64,000 nucleotides of DNA from Promethearchaeia archaeon (GTDB taxonomy: Archaea; Asgardarchaeota; Lokiarchaeia; Sigyniarchaeales; SOKP01), in contig JAHQWL010000085.1 of NCBI GenBank assembly GCA_029856155.1, positions 29,846 through 93,845 of the forward strand, given 5' to 3'. The notes beneath the pieces are model-generated. The model made no database searches and had not been told where the DNA came from. It worked only from the letters and a program-made list of their open reading frames with translations. A program made the position numbers and the translations under genes. Positions 10,203 to 20,237 of the stretch are shown one piece after another. Within the stretch, counting starts at the first letter, position 1; each line of letters opens with the position of its first letter.

Positions 10203-10988
10203 ATGAAAAGAATAAAATATAAGGTGATGCTATTTTTAGGGTTTTTAACTATCATTGCTTCAATTCAACCCGCTTTCGCATTAAATCAATATTCTGTAAA
10301 CCCTGGTGCGCATTTTAGATGGGACGCGACTAAATATATCTTTATAAGAGATGGCTTGGGTCTTGGTATTAATCTTGAATATACACATTCTTACTATTTA
10401 GAGTTTGATTTTACAAATTGGGCTGGCATGTCAGGGATGGAATATCTAAATGGAACCTATAATAACAACGGAACGGTTTATGATGGAGAAATAAGCCATG
10501 AATATTATTATGATAATCCACCGGGACAAAACTGGGCTACAGTAATTCTTAATGTTGGAGTTGCTACATATCCCGTACATATATATTTAGTATGTAATAC
10601 TGAAATAGAACAAACTACAAAACCTGATATGCAAAATCTTGATACTAATTCATGGATTAATTTTACTGAGCCTTCCACTAATAACTTTACACTTTCTGGA
10701 ACTTATCCAAGTGGTATTGATAGAACAACGTATACAGCGTTTGTCGAGTTTAACTCAGATAAAGTTTTGAAATATGTATTCGATGAAGTAGTTCAAGTAA
10801 CTTCTGATATAACCATGAGTATTACGCGATATATATGGTCTCTCACATATACACCCGGAACAGATACAGGTAATGGCGATACAAACGGAATTCCTGGATT
10901 TTCACTTTACATAATAATATTCGTTGTGGGATTAGGCATTATAATAACCCTATCAAAAAAGAATTATTTTAAAACTAAAATATATTAG
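10203..10988 (+). CDS. Secreted/cell-surface protein with IPGF-type (PGF/Loki-CTERM-like) C-terminal anchor
   Basis: Signal peptide from MKRIKYK (ATG 10203); Thr/Gly/Asn linker, then IPGF, TM helix and basic tail. Confidence 0.8.
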   Translation: MKRIKYKVMLFLGFLTIIASIQPAFALNQYSVNPGAHFRWDATKYIFIRDGLGLGINLEYTHSYYLEFDFTNWAGMSGMEYLNGTYNNNGTVYDGEISHEYYYDNPPGQNWATVILNVGVATYPVHIYLVCNTEIEQTTKPDMQNLDTNSWINFTEPSTNNFTLSGTYPSGIDRTTYTAFVEFNSDKVLKYVFDEVVQVTSDITMSITRYIWSLTYTPGTDTGNGDTNGIPGFSLYIIIFVVGLGIIITLSKKNYFKTKIY

Positions 10989-11014
10989 ATCGATTTTTTT
11001 TTTAATTTTTTAAT

Positions 11015-11638
11015 TTAATTTACTCTTTCTCTCAATTTCGGTAAAAACATCGGCACTTTATTTTTATAATCCTCATATTCTTTACCAAATTCTTTAATTA
11101 ACTCCTTTTCTTCCTTCCAAGATATCAGAAAATTTAATAAAATTATAATTGGGGATGTCAATAAAGATAAGAATGCTGATAAAAGAATAGTGATTCCTAT
11201 ATGTGCTAATATTCCCCCAAGGTATTGTGGATGACGTATTACAGAGTATAACCCGGAAGATATAACTTTTTCTGCTCTATGAGTTTCTGCTACTTTTAAA
11301 GTTGTTTCTCTTACACTTCCAATTCCAAACCAAGCACCTATTATAATGAAAGGTATAGAAATTAAAAGATGTGTTAATGGAATTGATAAATTAATAAGTG
11401 GAATTTTGAGAACAAGATTTTCTATAATTGGTATGATAAAACGCTGTTGAGGGGAGAGCCACACTCCAAACCAAAATAAAAAAAAGCCCCATCCAGAAAC
11501 TAGGCCCAGGATATCACCAATTTTTGTTCCTTTTTCTTTTCCAAATTTTTCTTGAAGCTTTAAGTGTTCAACGGATAAAAAATGAAGATCTACCATAAAA
11601 CACATACCTACAATTGAGATAATAAACCAGATAAACAT
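11015..11638 (-). CDS. ICMT/PEMT-family membrane protein (copy 5)
   Basis: SSGLYSVIRHPQY, EEKELIKEFGKEYEDYKNKVP. Confidence 0.88.
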   Translation of the reverse strand: MFIWFIISIVGMCFMVDLHFLSVEHLKLQEKFGKEKGTKIGDILGLVSGWGFFLFWFGVWLSPQQRFIIPIIENLVLKIPLINLSIPLTHLLISIPFIIIGAWFGIGSVRETTLKVAETHRAEKVISSGLYSVIRHPQYLGGILAHIGITILLSAFLSLLTSPIIILLNFLISWKEEKELIKEFGKEYEDYKNKVPMFLPKLRERVN

Positions 11639-11808
11639 TTTTTCAATCGAATCCTATTAAATGTAATAAGTCTTATTCATTCTAATACTAAAAAGATATG
11701 AAGCATTTTTTAGATAAATTTTAGGTTAAACTTATATCAACAGAATTCTTAAAAAACTTAATTGGTACAATTTAAACCAAATATCACAACTTTAATCAGG
11801 TTGTATCA

Positions 11809-12063
11809 ATGGGAAAAGGAACTGTAAAGTGGTTTAACAAAAAAAAAGGGTATGGATTCATAACCCCAGATGATGGATCTCCTGATATATTTGTTCATTA
11901 TTCTGCCATAAAAGGTGGAACTGATGAATTTAAGATAATCTATGAAGGGGATATAGTAGAATATGAGACTACGGAGGGTCAAAAGGGCCCACAAGCTAGC
12001 AACGTCACAATAATTGAAAAAGGACCTCGAACGAGTTCTCATGGCCGAAAGTCTTTCTATTAA
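11809..12063 (+). CDS. cspA: Cold-shock domain protein
   Basis: GTVKWFN, RNP1 KGYGFI, RNP2 [16 protein letters not shown]. Confidence 0.95.
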   Translation: MGKGTVKWFNKKKGYGFITPDDGSPDIFVHYSAIKGGTDEFKIIYEGDIVEYETTEGQKGPQASNVTIIEKGPRTSSHGRKSFY

Positions 12064-12305
12064 TAAGTAAATTATTGATTACAAAAAAGAATAAAAGGTT
12101 TAAATTTAAGGAATTTTGGAAGATATAAAATACATATAAATGAGTTTTTCGACTTCTTTTTAGATTTATTTTGCATCTTTTACAGATTCCCTTTTTTTTA
12201 TTTTAAAACAAGGTTTATATTTTCAAGTAAAATTACTTTTGAATGTCAGCTTTGGGAGCCTAAATCTAGGGATAAAGGAAAGAAAAATTTTCATTTGTGT
12301 CCCAA

Positions 12306-13823
12306 TTATATTGTATACTTCTCATTTTCTTTTAAAAGAACTACATTATCAAAATTTTCACTAAACCATGCTGGATTATCGGTGTGGACTGGAATTATGA
12401 CCTCAGGATCGATAGTTTCGATAGTATTGATTAAATCGGATTTTGAAGCATGTCCAGAAGCATGATACCCCTCACTAAATTTTGGTTTTAATCTATTACC
12501 TTCTTTAGTAACTTCAAATCCATGAATATCAAATCCTAGGTATTTTAACCAATGATTTAATCTCACAAAATCAAATTCTGATTCCTCTTCAAAAGCTTCA
12601 CTTGAAGAATATATATAGGTTCCTTGGTTAGGTTTAATGTCTAATAAGTTTTTCATGTCAAAGAAAGAAAAACATAGTAAATAATTTTCTTGATTTTTTG
12701 ATATTTTTGTAGGATCTACATAGTCCAGATCTCTCTTTTCATTGAGATATTTTTCCCAGTTGGGTTGGGTTATTTTTAATTCTCCATAAATTAAAAGATC
12801 CCTTAATCTATCTACACCCTCAGCCTTTTCAATAGCATTAAGTAAAAATGCATCTTTAGAGGTAATAATTAGTTTTCTTCCAATATTTGAAGCAATTTTC
12901 TTGAATATATCTAGTCTTTCAAAATTTCGGGCTGAAAAATCAGCTATGATTAATCCCGATGCATTTTCAGCTGTCTTTAGACAATTTTCATAGACTAGTT
13001 CTTCTGATTCAATCCTTTCTTCACTTTTAGCTCTCGTTCCTTCAATTATCAGTACAGAAGCATTCTTAGCTTTATTGATGAATTCTTTGCTTTTCCATCC
13101 TCTTTTCCCATGTAAACGAAAATCTCCAGTATAGGCGATAGTGTTTTCTCCAGAAAGAAGGTAAGCTGTGGCTCCAAGGATGGAATGATCGACTTCAAAA
13201 GCTTTCACTTCAATATCGAGTGTAAAATCATTTATATGAGATATTGTCCCCACCTCAAATTTTTTTCTTTGTTTAACGGTTGATGTTAAATATTTACGTA
13301 GTGAATCTGGAAAGCTATCAGTACATATCAGATTTCGTCCAATATCTGTATAACTATCCGCTTTAAAGACTCTATTATCTTCCATAGCGATTCTAGGAGA
13401 AAAATAGGCTGCATCAGATCCTAGAGCTGCAGTAGAGCAATCTATAATCCCTTTAATTAATGCTAGGGTAATTGGGGATGCAACTATGGGAAAATCAGGT
13501 TTAAGTAAACCAATGTTGCCAAAATGGTCTAAATGAGCATGACTGAGTAATACTGCATTTATATTCAAATTAGGAAATGATGATATATCATAATCTGAAG
13601 GAATTATATCTTTTCTATATATATTGAGTTTAGGGATCAAATTCAATTGAAAAAGATCGTAGATACCCCTTGACCGTCTCCAATTGAGAAATTCTTGGAA
13701 GAATTTTCCGTGTTTCTTGAAATTTAATCCAAAATCGAGAAAAATTCCTTTACCATTTTCCTCTATATATATTTTGTTTCCTCCTATTGTGTCACTTCCA
13801 TCAAATATTTGTATAGAAGTCAT
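12306..13823 (-). CDS. MBL/beta-CASP ribonuclease (RNase J-like)
   Basis: TIGGN, LDFG, SHAHLDH, VDHS, YTGDFR, HASGH, IPVHT. Confidence 0.85.
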   Translation of the reverse strand: MTSIQIFDGSDTIGGNKIYIEENGKGIFLDFGLNFKKHGKFFQEFLNWRRSRGIYDLFQLNLIPKLNIYRKDIIPSDYDISSFPNLNINAVLLSHAHLDHFGNIGLLKPDFPIVASPITLALIKGIIDCSTAALGSDAAYFSPRIAMEDNRVFKADSYTDIGRNLICTDSFPDSLRKYLTSTVKQRKKFEVGTISHINDFTLDIEVKAFEVDHSILGATAYLLSGENTIAYTGDFRLHGKRGWKSKEFINKAKNASVLIIEGTRAKSEERIESEELVYENCLKTAENASGLIIADFSARNFERLDIFKKIASNIGRKLIITSKDAFLLNAIEKAEGVDRLRDLLIYGELKITQPNWEKYLNEKRDLDYVDPTKISKNQENYLLCFSFFDMKNLLDIKPNQGTYIYSSSEAFEEESEFDFVRLNHWLKYLGFDIHGFEVTKEGNRLKPKFSEGYHASGHASKSDLINTIETIDPEVIIPVHTDNPAWFSENFDNVVLLKENEKYTI

Positions 13824-14054
13824 CTTTTCTGTAAATTAACTTTTTAAGATTTTATTTTCTTTTTGTTTAATTTATTACTGTTAAAATCCTTTTTAATTAA
13901 TTACTTTTTTAAGAAAATTTTAAAAGAGAATGATATAGGGTTGTCTCTAAAAAGTACAATTATTAACTTTTTTCTAATTTATGGATAATATCTTATAAGC
14001 TTCCTTTAAATTAAAAAACAATACTTTAAATAAGAAATATCAATAGGAGAAAAC

Positions 14055-15290
14055 ATGCATCAAAATTGCCAAACACAAGCTACGAGCTTTTCAAAATCAA
14101 TTGAATTTATTATATTTTTACTATTTCTGTTAGGCCCTTTAACTGGGAACATAATTAACGTCTTATTTGGTGTTCTTTCTGCTGATTTCAATGTTACCAC
14201 TGATCATATATTAATTGCAATTCCAGCGTTTATGTTCCCATTTGCTATAACACAACTTTTTTCTGGTGCAATTTCCGATATAAAAGGTAGAATCCCCGTA
14301 TTAATTTTAGGTCTGATATTATTTTTAATAGCAATGGTAATAGCTGTATCATCATTTAGTTTGGGGATGTATGTAATTGCTAATTTAATAGGAGGGGTAG
14401 GATTTGGCTTTATAAATCCTATTCTTATAGCTTTAATGACGGATATTACACCTCCACCACTTATTCCTAAGAAAATGGGATATCTGAGTGCAAGCGCGAA
14501 TTTAGGAGTTGGTATAGGACCATTAATTGCATCTCAAATGATATTAATTAGTTGGCAGTCGATCTATGTGTTATTTATAGTAATTACTTCTTTTTGCTTA
14601 GTGTATTTCATCTTTACTAAAAAACCACCAAAAATTGTCAAAGAAGAATCAGGGATTCGTATCTTCTTATCTCAACTTTCAAAAGAATGGCGTCGATTTC
14701 CGGTGATATTAATGATATTATCTGCGTTCTTAATATCACATACATATATAGCTTTAAATATTTGGATTTCGAAGACACTAACGCAAGCTCATGTTGTAAA
14801 TGAAACAATAATCGGTATAATTCTGGGCATTGCAGGTATTGGCGCAGCTATAACTGGAATTTTAACCGGATTTTTGATAAAAAGAAGAGATGCAAAAATT
14901 CCTTTATTTGCAGGCTCATTAATATTAGTTTGTTCTTTAGCGATCTTATTAGTTAGTGGAGATGTGACCATTCATAAAAGTTTTATATTTTTATCGTTAG
15001 GTTGGATTCTAGCAAGTTTATCAGGTGGAATACTTTTCACTTCAATTACGTATTATAGTCAAGTTTTATCGCTTGAAAGACGTGGTGCTTTAGCAGGATC
15101 ATTGACAGCAGCGTATTTTACAGGGATTGCTTTAGTTCCGACAACACTTGCACCAGTCTCAAATGTTTTTAGTATTACTGGAGTCTATTTTGCTATACTA
15201 TTTGTATCAATAATTTTTATAATAGTCATAATGCTTTTATATATTTTTACAAAACATATAGTTAAACATATAGAGAAAACTCCAGATTGA
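14055..15290 (+). CDS. MFS transporter (drug:H+ antiporter-like)
   Basis: Motif A GAISDIKGR, GIGPLIA; 12 TM helices. Confidence 0.9.
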   Translation: MHQNCQTQATSFSKSIEFIIFLLFLLGPLTGNIINVLFGVLSADFNVTTDHILIAIPAFMFPFAITQLFSGAISDIKGRIPVLILGLILFLIAMVIAVSSFSLGMYVIANLIGGVGFGFINPILIALMTDITPPPLIPKKMGYLSASANLGVGIGPLIASQMILISWQSIYVLFIVITSFCLVYFIFTKKPPKIVKEESGIRIFLSQLSKEWRRFPVILMILSAFLISHTYIALNIWISKTLTQAHVVNETIIGIILGIAGIGAAITGILTGFLIKRRDAKIPLFAGSLILVCSLAILLVSGDVTIHKSFIFLSLGWILASLSGGILFTSITYYSQVLSLERRGALAGSLTAAYFTGIALVPTTLAPVSNVFSITGVYFAILFVSIIFIIVIMLLYIFTKHIVKHIEKTPD

Positions 15291-15357
15291 TTTTTAAGCA
15301 GCAATTATTTATTTACTTAAAAAAAATAAGATAAAATATGATAAATTTTGGTAATAT

Positions 15358-15738
15358 TTAGGATTTAATCATTACTAACATCATCTTAAATTTTTCCAGA
15401 GCTCTCAGGGCATGTGGTTCATTAGCAGGCATAATAATCATCTGACCCTTTTTCAATACAAATTTCTTACTTGAGATTGTTATTTCAGCTTCTCCATTGA
15501 AAACGTAAACGAGGGCATCAAATGGTGCAGTATGTTCACTTAAACCTTCATCCTTATCGAAAGAAAACAAAGTTACTGTTCCAACATCCTTATTAATTAT
15601 TGCTCTACTAACAACAGATCCTTCTTGAAAATCGAGCATAGAATCCAAATTTAATATTACTTTTTTAATATCTTTATCACTCATATTTCTCATTTTGATT
15701 TTTAAATTTGTTTTATATAATTGGTAAAGAAAAATCAA
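15358..15738 (-). CDS. Cupin domain protein (true start probably MSDKD)
   Basis: LSEHTAPFDA, GEAEI, MPANEPHAL. Confidence 0.9.
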   Translation of the reverse strand: MIFLYQLYKTNLKIKMRNMSDKDIKKVILNLDSMLDFQEGSVVSRAIINKDVGTVTLFSFDKDEGLSEHTAPFDALVYVFNGEAEITISSKKFVLKKGQMIIMPANEPHALRALEKFKMMLVMIKS

Positions 15739-15838
15739 ATTTAAACCTAAAACCGAACATGTTTATTTTAATAATTCTCAATTATTCCCTAAGACTATAA
15801 ATGAAATACTAAGCTCTAAAAATAATTAGGGTACAGTT

Positions 15839-16336
15839 TTACATTTCTAATGGTACACGCCATTCTACTCCACATTCCCCACAATGATATTTTTTTCCAT
15901 ACATACGTGGATAATCTGATATTAGATGAGTCTTATCGATAGTTTCTCTGATAAGCGTTTTATTGTGATTCCCACATTTGGGACATTCTCTTCTCGAATC
16001 ACCTTGGAGAATTTGCCCTTTACCCATTTCAAGAGGAGCTACATCTTTAGAAAAAATTGAATCTGAAACGATTATTTCTTTTTTTTGTTCAATGGGTTTA
16101 ATTTCTTCTTGTTTAATTATATCTTCAACTAATATCACGGGCTCATTTGTTTCTGTTTCAATTATAGGTTTTAATATTTCTTTAATTGGTTCTTTCGGTA
16201 CTGTATATGGGCGTTCTCTATTTTCTAATTCAGCAATTCTCTTTTTAAGAATTTCATTCTCTTTCATTAATTCTTCAATGAGGTCTTTATATTCTTGGAG
16301 AGTAAAGTCTTTTTTTTCTGTCATTTCTTTGCTCAA
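15839..16336 (-). CDS. Coiled-coil protein with C-terminal zinc ribbon
   Basis: N-terminal heptads; CPKCG...CGECG. Confidence 0.75.
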   Translation of the reverse strand: MSKEMTEKKDFTLQEYKDLIEELMKENEILKKRIAELENRERPYTVPKEPIKEILKPIIETETNEPVILVEDIIKQEEIKPIEQKKEIIVSDSIFSKDVAPLEMGKGQILQGDSRRECPKCGNHNKTLIRETIDKTHLISDYPRMYGKKYHCGECGVEWRVPLEM

Positions 16337-16499
16337 TTTTTAAAATTCTATTTTGACTAAAAAAAGTAATATTATAAGAACATAATAGAGGTTGTATTAT
16401 TAAACTTAAGGAAATCAATAACTTTAGACAGAAAGAAGATTTTTAAATTCTTGATCTATTTATTCTTATATTGTTAGATTATAGTTAAGAGAGAGTATA

Positions 16500-17336
16500 A
16501 TGCAACTATTTAATATTAGTGATGAGGGAGAATTAATCAAGATAGATAGGTTATCTTTTGAGGAAAATGATGTTTATCTTGTTGATGACGAGGAAAAAAA
16601 CACTATTTATATTTGGGTAGGTTTAAAAGTACTTCAAGCAAAAAAAGACATAATAGCGGACATTGCTAGAAAGATTGATAAAGAACGCGGTGGATCAGCA
16701 AAAATCTTGATAATGAAACAAAAAAGAGAATATGGTTCCTTTTTAGCTATGATGCATGATCTTGAAAAAGGGCTAATCCCGGGAAAAACTATTGAAAGGA
16801 GACCAGAATTTGTACTAAAAACACCTCCTGAAAGGATAAAATCAGTTAATCTTGAAGAACCTCCTGAAGAAAGAGAATTAAGCATTGAAACAAAATTAAT
16901 CGAATGGTTTCAACAACTTAAGAATCATAGAAGCTATGAACCACAAGAAAAGCTAAAGGAAACCACAGAAACTGTTACATTCGTTAAGTTTGAACAAGCA
17001 CCCATGGAAGTTAAAGCTACTGAAGAGTTAGAAAGAATAGTTGAAGAGAAAAAAGAAGAACCTGAAGAACCAGATCTTAAGACACAAATAAAGGAAGCAG
17101 CATATTATCTGTCTTTAGATGAATATACTTACGATCAACTATGCTGGATTTTAGCTGAAAAAATCCAGAAAGTAAACCTAGATATGCCCTCTATAGAAGA
17201 TATTAGGAGAAAAGCGGAGGAAGTCTTCAATTCAAGCTGTACATACGATGAACTCTGTTGGTTAAATGCTGAAATGGATATCTTAACTAGAAGAAGCTTT
17301 CTTGAACAGAAAAAGAGAAAGATGTTTGATTATTAA
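16500..17336 (+). CDS. Single-domain gelsolin protein with C-terminal helical-repeat domain (Asgard 1DGelX-like)
   Basis: Gelsolin signature F..NDVYLVD...IYIWVG....Q..E..SF; acidic linker; duplicated Y(D)xLCWxxAE motif. Confidence 0.82.
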   Translation: MQLFNISDEGELIKIDRLSFEENDVYLVDDEEKNTIYIWVGLKVLQAKKDIIADIARKIDKERGGSAKILIMKQKREYGSFLAMMHDLEKGLIPGKTIERRPEFVLKTPPERIKSVNLEEPPEERELSIETKLIEWFQQLKNHRSYEPQEKLKETTETVTFVKFEQAPMEVKATEELERIVEEKKEEPEEPDLKTQIKEAAYYLSLDEYTYDQLCWILAEKIQKVNLDMPSIEDIRRKAEEVFNSSCTYDELCWLNAEMDILTRRSFLEQKKRKMFDY

Positions 17337-17375
17337 ACATCAAATTAAAACTAAAATTTAGGAAGCCTTAATCTC

Positions 17376-17681
17376 CTATCCACAACAACTATTATTTTGT
17401 GGGTTTTTTGCTACTGCACGAGCATTCCATAAACATCCACAACCTTTTCGTTCTTGTAATATAATTGCCATTGTTGGACAATTTCTTTTACAAGCAGAAC
17501 ATTCTGTACAGCGTTCTGGTTCATACATCTCATACTTTCCTTCGTTATTAGGATTTGGTATTCCAAACGGGCATACTTCCCCACAAATTCCACACCCTGT
17601 GCACAAATCAGGATTTATCGAGATTTTTGGAATAACAATAGGTATCTTGATTGAAGCTGCTTTTATCGTTATCTTTATCAC
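17376..17681 (-). CDS. 2[4Fe-4S] ferredoxin, HgcB-like
   Basis: CTGCGICGEVCP and CTECSACKRNCP, extra GCGC and C-terminal CC; directly downstream of the HgcA-like gene. Confidence 0.85.
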   Translation of the reverse strand: MIKITIKAASIKIPIVIPKISINPDLCTGCGICGEVCPFGIPNPNNEGKYEMYEPERCTECSACKRNCPTMAIILQERKGCGCLWNARAVAKNPQNNSCCG

Positions 17682-17729
17682 CTAATTTTTCTCTAATTAT
17701 ATTATTTTTTTTATTTTATTTATTCTATT

Positions 17730-19412
17730 TTATTTTAAAATATTAAAAAAAATGAACCCAATAATTTTAGTAACAAGACCAATTATCAATAAAATCATAT
17801 TAATTTTACTGAAAATGGGATATTCATCTTGAATTTCTCTAGGGCTTGTTGCCATAGTATATCCACTAAACGATATTGTCGAAAAGAAAGCTAACCAAAA
17901 GTAAAAAATACTACTCAGAAGAATGGATAACAGTGAATAATGAAAAAGCCAAGAAAATCCACCAAACAATAAAACATTAATAACTCCAAAAATAACTCCT
18001 TTATTGACAAATTTGCGCGTAAATTTTGTAATGGGAAAAAATATCGCGATAAGTGCATTTGCTATAATTATCCAAAGCCAAATTTCGCCCACAATCAATA
18101 ATTGTGATATCCATACAGTATTAATGAAACTTAGTCCTATAAATAACAAAATTAAGGCAATACTAGGCCACAGAAATATCTTTCGAAGTAAAAATGTTGT
18201 ATGTGTAATTTCTGCTCGAAAACGATGCGATATTGTAAATTTTGCTAATTTCATTTTATCTGGTTTTCGAGCGGGACGTTCTTCTAAGAATTTAGGTAAA
18301 TATTTAGCCCATACAGGACCATATAAAACATTAAAGGGAAAGTCAGGCGCCTCAGCTTTTATCAGTGGTGTTGCAATTCCTCCTGCTGAGAGTTGAGGTA
18401 CAATTATTGTTTTTTTATTAGTAATTTGTGCAATCCCTGTAGCTTTAACAGCTTCAATTAATTGTTTATTTCCAAAATCGTTTCCACGTGCTGCGCACCA
18501 TACATTTATACCCCTAGAATCAACACATAATACCCAAGCATCTAATCCTTTTAGAGCACGCATCACCTTAATATATGTATAAATATAATTAGCTGTTACA
18601 ATGATAGGCGAAGCTTCATTGGGATTACCAGATTGGTAAATACCTGGTTCAATTGGTATTTGATCTATTTGTCCCGTGAGTATACAACGATAAATACTCA
18701 TTTGAGCCCCTAATCCTTTGTATTTTCTATTTCCGGGATGATAATACCCAGGTTTTATTAAATCCTCCTTAAATATTTTTTTTAGTTCAATGGCTTGAAT
18801 AGAGCCATGCCTCCATTTCATAACTGCTGAAATTTCAAATCCTATAGGTTCCAAATATTTAAAGAACCACTTTACTATAAATGTACTTTGTATTCTGAGT
18901 CTCCGTAATTTCTTTTTATAACGCCATCGTTTAAAATTAAACCAAAGCTTCCAGAAGCCCGACGGTACAAATTCTGCCGCTATAATCATTCGACCATTTG
19001 GTTTTAATGCTTTCCATGCATTTCTTAGAAAGATTTGCTGTTCGAAAGGTCTAAGTTCTGAAAGCATAAATGTGCTAATAATAATATCCATTGTGGCATC
19101 CTCAACTGGTAGATCATCTATAGAGCCTATCTGATATAACAACTTAAGATTTGATTTAGAGGGGTAATTTTTCATTGCAGCAGTTATCATTCTATGGTTT
19201 TTATCTAATGCCAGCACATCATTTCCTTTTAAAGCCATTTCTGCTGCGAGAGTACCTGTTCCGCAACCTACTTCTAGGATGTTCTCTTGTGTATTAATTC
19301 GCTCTAATATCCAATCCTTTACTTCTATATTTACTCCTTTAGTAAGAGCTGTAAATTTTGACTCATATAAATCTGGTTCCAATTCCAACTTTCGCATATA
19401 CACTACAGCGAT
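17730..19412 (-). CDS. Fusion of a class I SAM methyltransferase with an HgcA-like corrinoid domain and TM domain
   Basis: N-terminal LEVGCGTG and STFMLSE; middle IEPGIY..GNP...SPIIVTANY, DSRGINVWCAARG, IIVPQLSAGG, VLYGPVWA; 4-5 C-terminal TM helices. Start between 19397 and 19415 uncertain. Confidence 0.85.
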   Translation of the reverse strand: MAVVYMRKLELEPDLYESKFTALTKGVNIEVKDWILERINTQENILEVGCGTGTLAAEMALKGNDVLALDKNHRMITAAMKNYPSKSNLKLLYQIGSIDDLPVEDATMDIIISTFMLSELRPFEQQIFLRNAWKALKPNGRMIIAAEFVPSGFWKLWFNFKRWRYKKKLRRLRIQSTFIVKWFFKYLEPIGFEISAVMKWRHGSIQAIELKKIFKEDLIKPGYYHPGNRKYKGLGAQMSIYRCILTGQIDQIPIEPGIYQSGNPNEASPIIVTANYIYTYIKVMRALKGLDAWVLCVDSRGINVWCAARGNDFGNKQLIEAVKATGIAQITNKKTIIVPQLSAGGIATPLIKAEAPDFPFNVLYGPVWAKYLPKFLEERPARKPDKMKLAKFTISHRFRAEITHTTFLLRKIFLWPSIALILLFIGLSFINTVWISQLLIVGEIWLWIIIANALIAIFFPITKFTRKFVNKGVIFGVINVLLFGGFSWLFHYSLLSILLSSIFYFWLAFFSTISFSGYTMATSPREIQDEYPIFSKINMILLIIGLVTKIIGFIFFNILK

Positions 19413-19524
19413 AATATTTACACCTTTTTATTACCCATTTTATTAAATTTAAACAAAAAAAGAATAAAAATTTTGATTTTATAATTTTTAAACTAGATTC
19501 AATACAAAAATCGAGATGTTCGCT

Positions 19525-19620
19525 TTAACAACATTCTTCTTTTGATTGAGCTTCTTTTTCACTTTTAGTCTCTTCAACACAACATCCTTCAGTACAACAT
19601 TCTTCATTTTTTTCTATCAT
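19525..19620 (-). CDS. 31-aa acidic peptide with three Cys-Cys pairs (not in the ORF track)
   Basis: Manual translation MIEKNEECCTEGCCVEETKSEKEAQSKEECC; ATG with GAAGTGGT upstream; first ORF after the TATA box and operator. Confidence 0.7.
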   Translation of the reverse strand: MIEKNEECCTEGCCVEETKSEKEAQSKEECC

Positions 19621-19660
19621 TTGTTTATACCACTTCATTAATTTATTAATTAGTTAATTG

Positions 19661-19680
19661 ATAGTTAGGATCCTAACTAT
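19661..19680. promoter_or_regulatory. Perfect 20-bp palindrome ATAGTTAGGATCCTAACTAT, probable MarR operator abutting a minus-strand TATA box (TTTTATATA, 19678-19686)
   Basis: Exact inverted repeat; degenerate copies at 19699-19718 (16/20) and 20238-20257 (15/20). Confidence 0.75.
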
Positions 19681-19757
19681 ATAAAAGTTTCGTTTCGTAT
19701 AATTAAGATCCTAACAAACGTTAAAAACATTCAAAATTCAAAGAGGATTTAGTAATA

Positions 19758-20234
19758 TCATAAAGAAATAAGTGAATTCAGGAGTTTTTGGAGTAATTCT
19801 CCTAATTTTTTTATCTCTTCCTCATTAATTTCCGGACAACATCCATTTACCATTGATTCTAATCGAGGTGTTTTGGTTTTTAAATCTTCTCCCTTTTTAG
19901 TAAGTTTAACAAGAAGGCTTCGTCTATCGCTAGGATGTGACTCACGAGAAACCAATTCCTTCTTCTCCATAGTGTCTACTACTCCTGTAATTGTAGATCT
20001 AGAACAATTACATGTTTCTGCTAATTCTTTAAATTGTTGACCATCAGAACTCCATAATTCTCTTAGAATTAGATGTTGAGTTGGTGTTAGTTCTAACATT
20101 TGAATATTATTTCGCTGTAATTTTTCATATTTTTTATTTAAGGTATTGATAAGTTCAAAAACTTGAACAATGTCTTCAGGTTGACAACAAATATTTGAAG
20201 ATTTTTGAGAATTTTTATCATTCATAATTATCAA
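19758..20234 (-). CDS. MarR-family transcriptional regulator with Cys-Cys pairs
   Basis: LTPTQHLIL, ELAE..SRSTITGVVD.MEKK.LV.R, DRRSLLVKLTKKG; NICCQ and NGCCP. Confidence 0.92.
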   Translation of the reverse strand: MIIMNDKNSQKSSNICCQPEDIVQVFELINTLNKKYEKLQRNNIQMLELTPTQHLILRELWSSDGQQFKELAETCNCSRSTITGVVDTMEKKELVSRESHPSDRRSLLVKLTKKGEDLKTKTPRLESMVNGCCPEINEEEIKKLGELLQKLLNSLISL

Positions 20235-20237
20235 ATC

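Noticed and set aside
11806-12042. Antisense and overlapping ORFs in the track (also 15978..16343, 18004..18396, 31531..31941, 62584..62889, 63185..63649 and similar)
   Set aside because: Shadow frames of well-supported genes, with no motifs.
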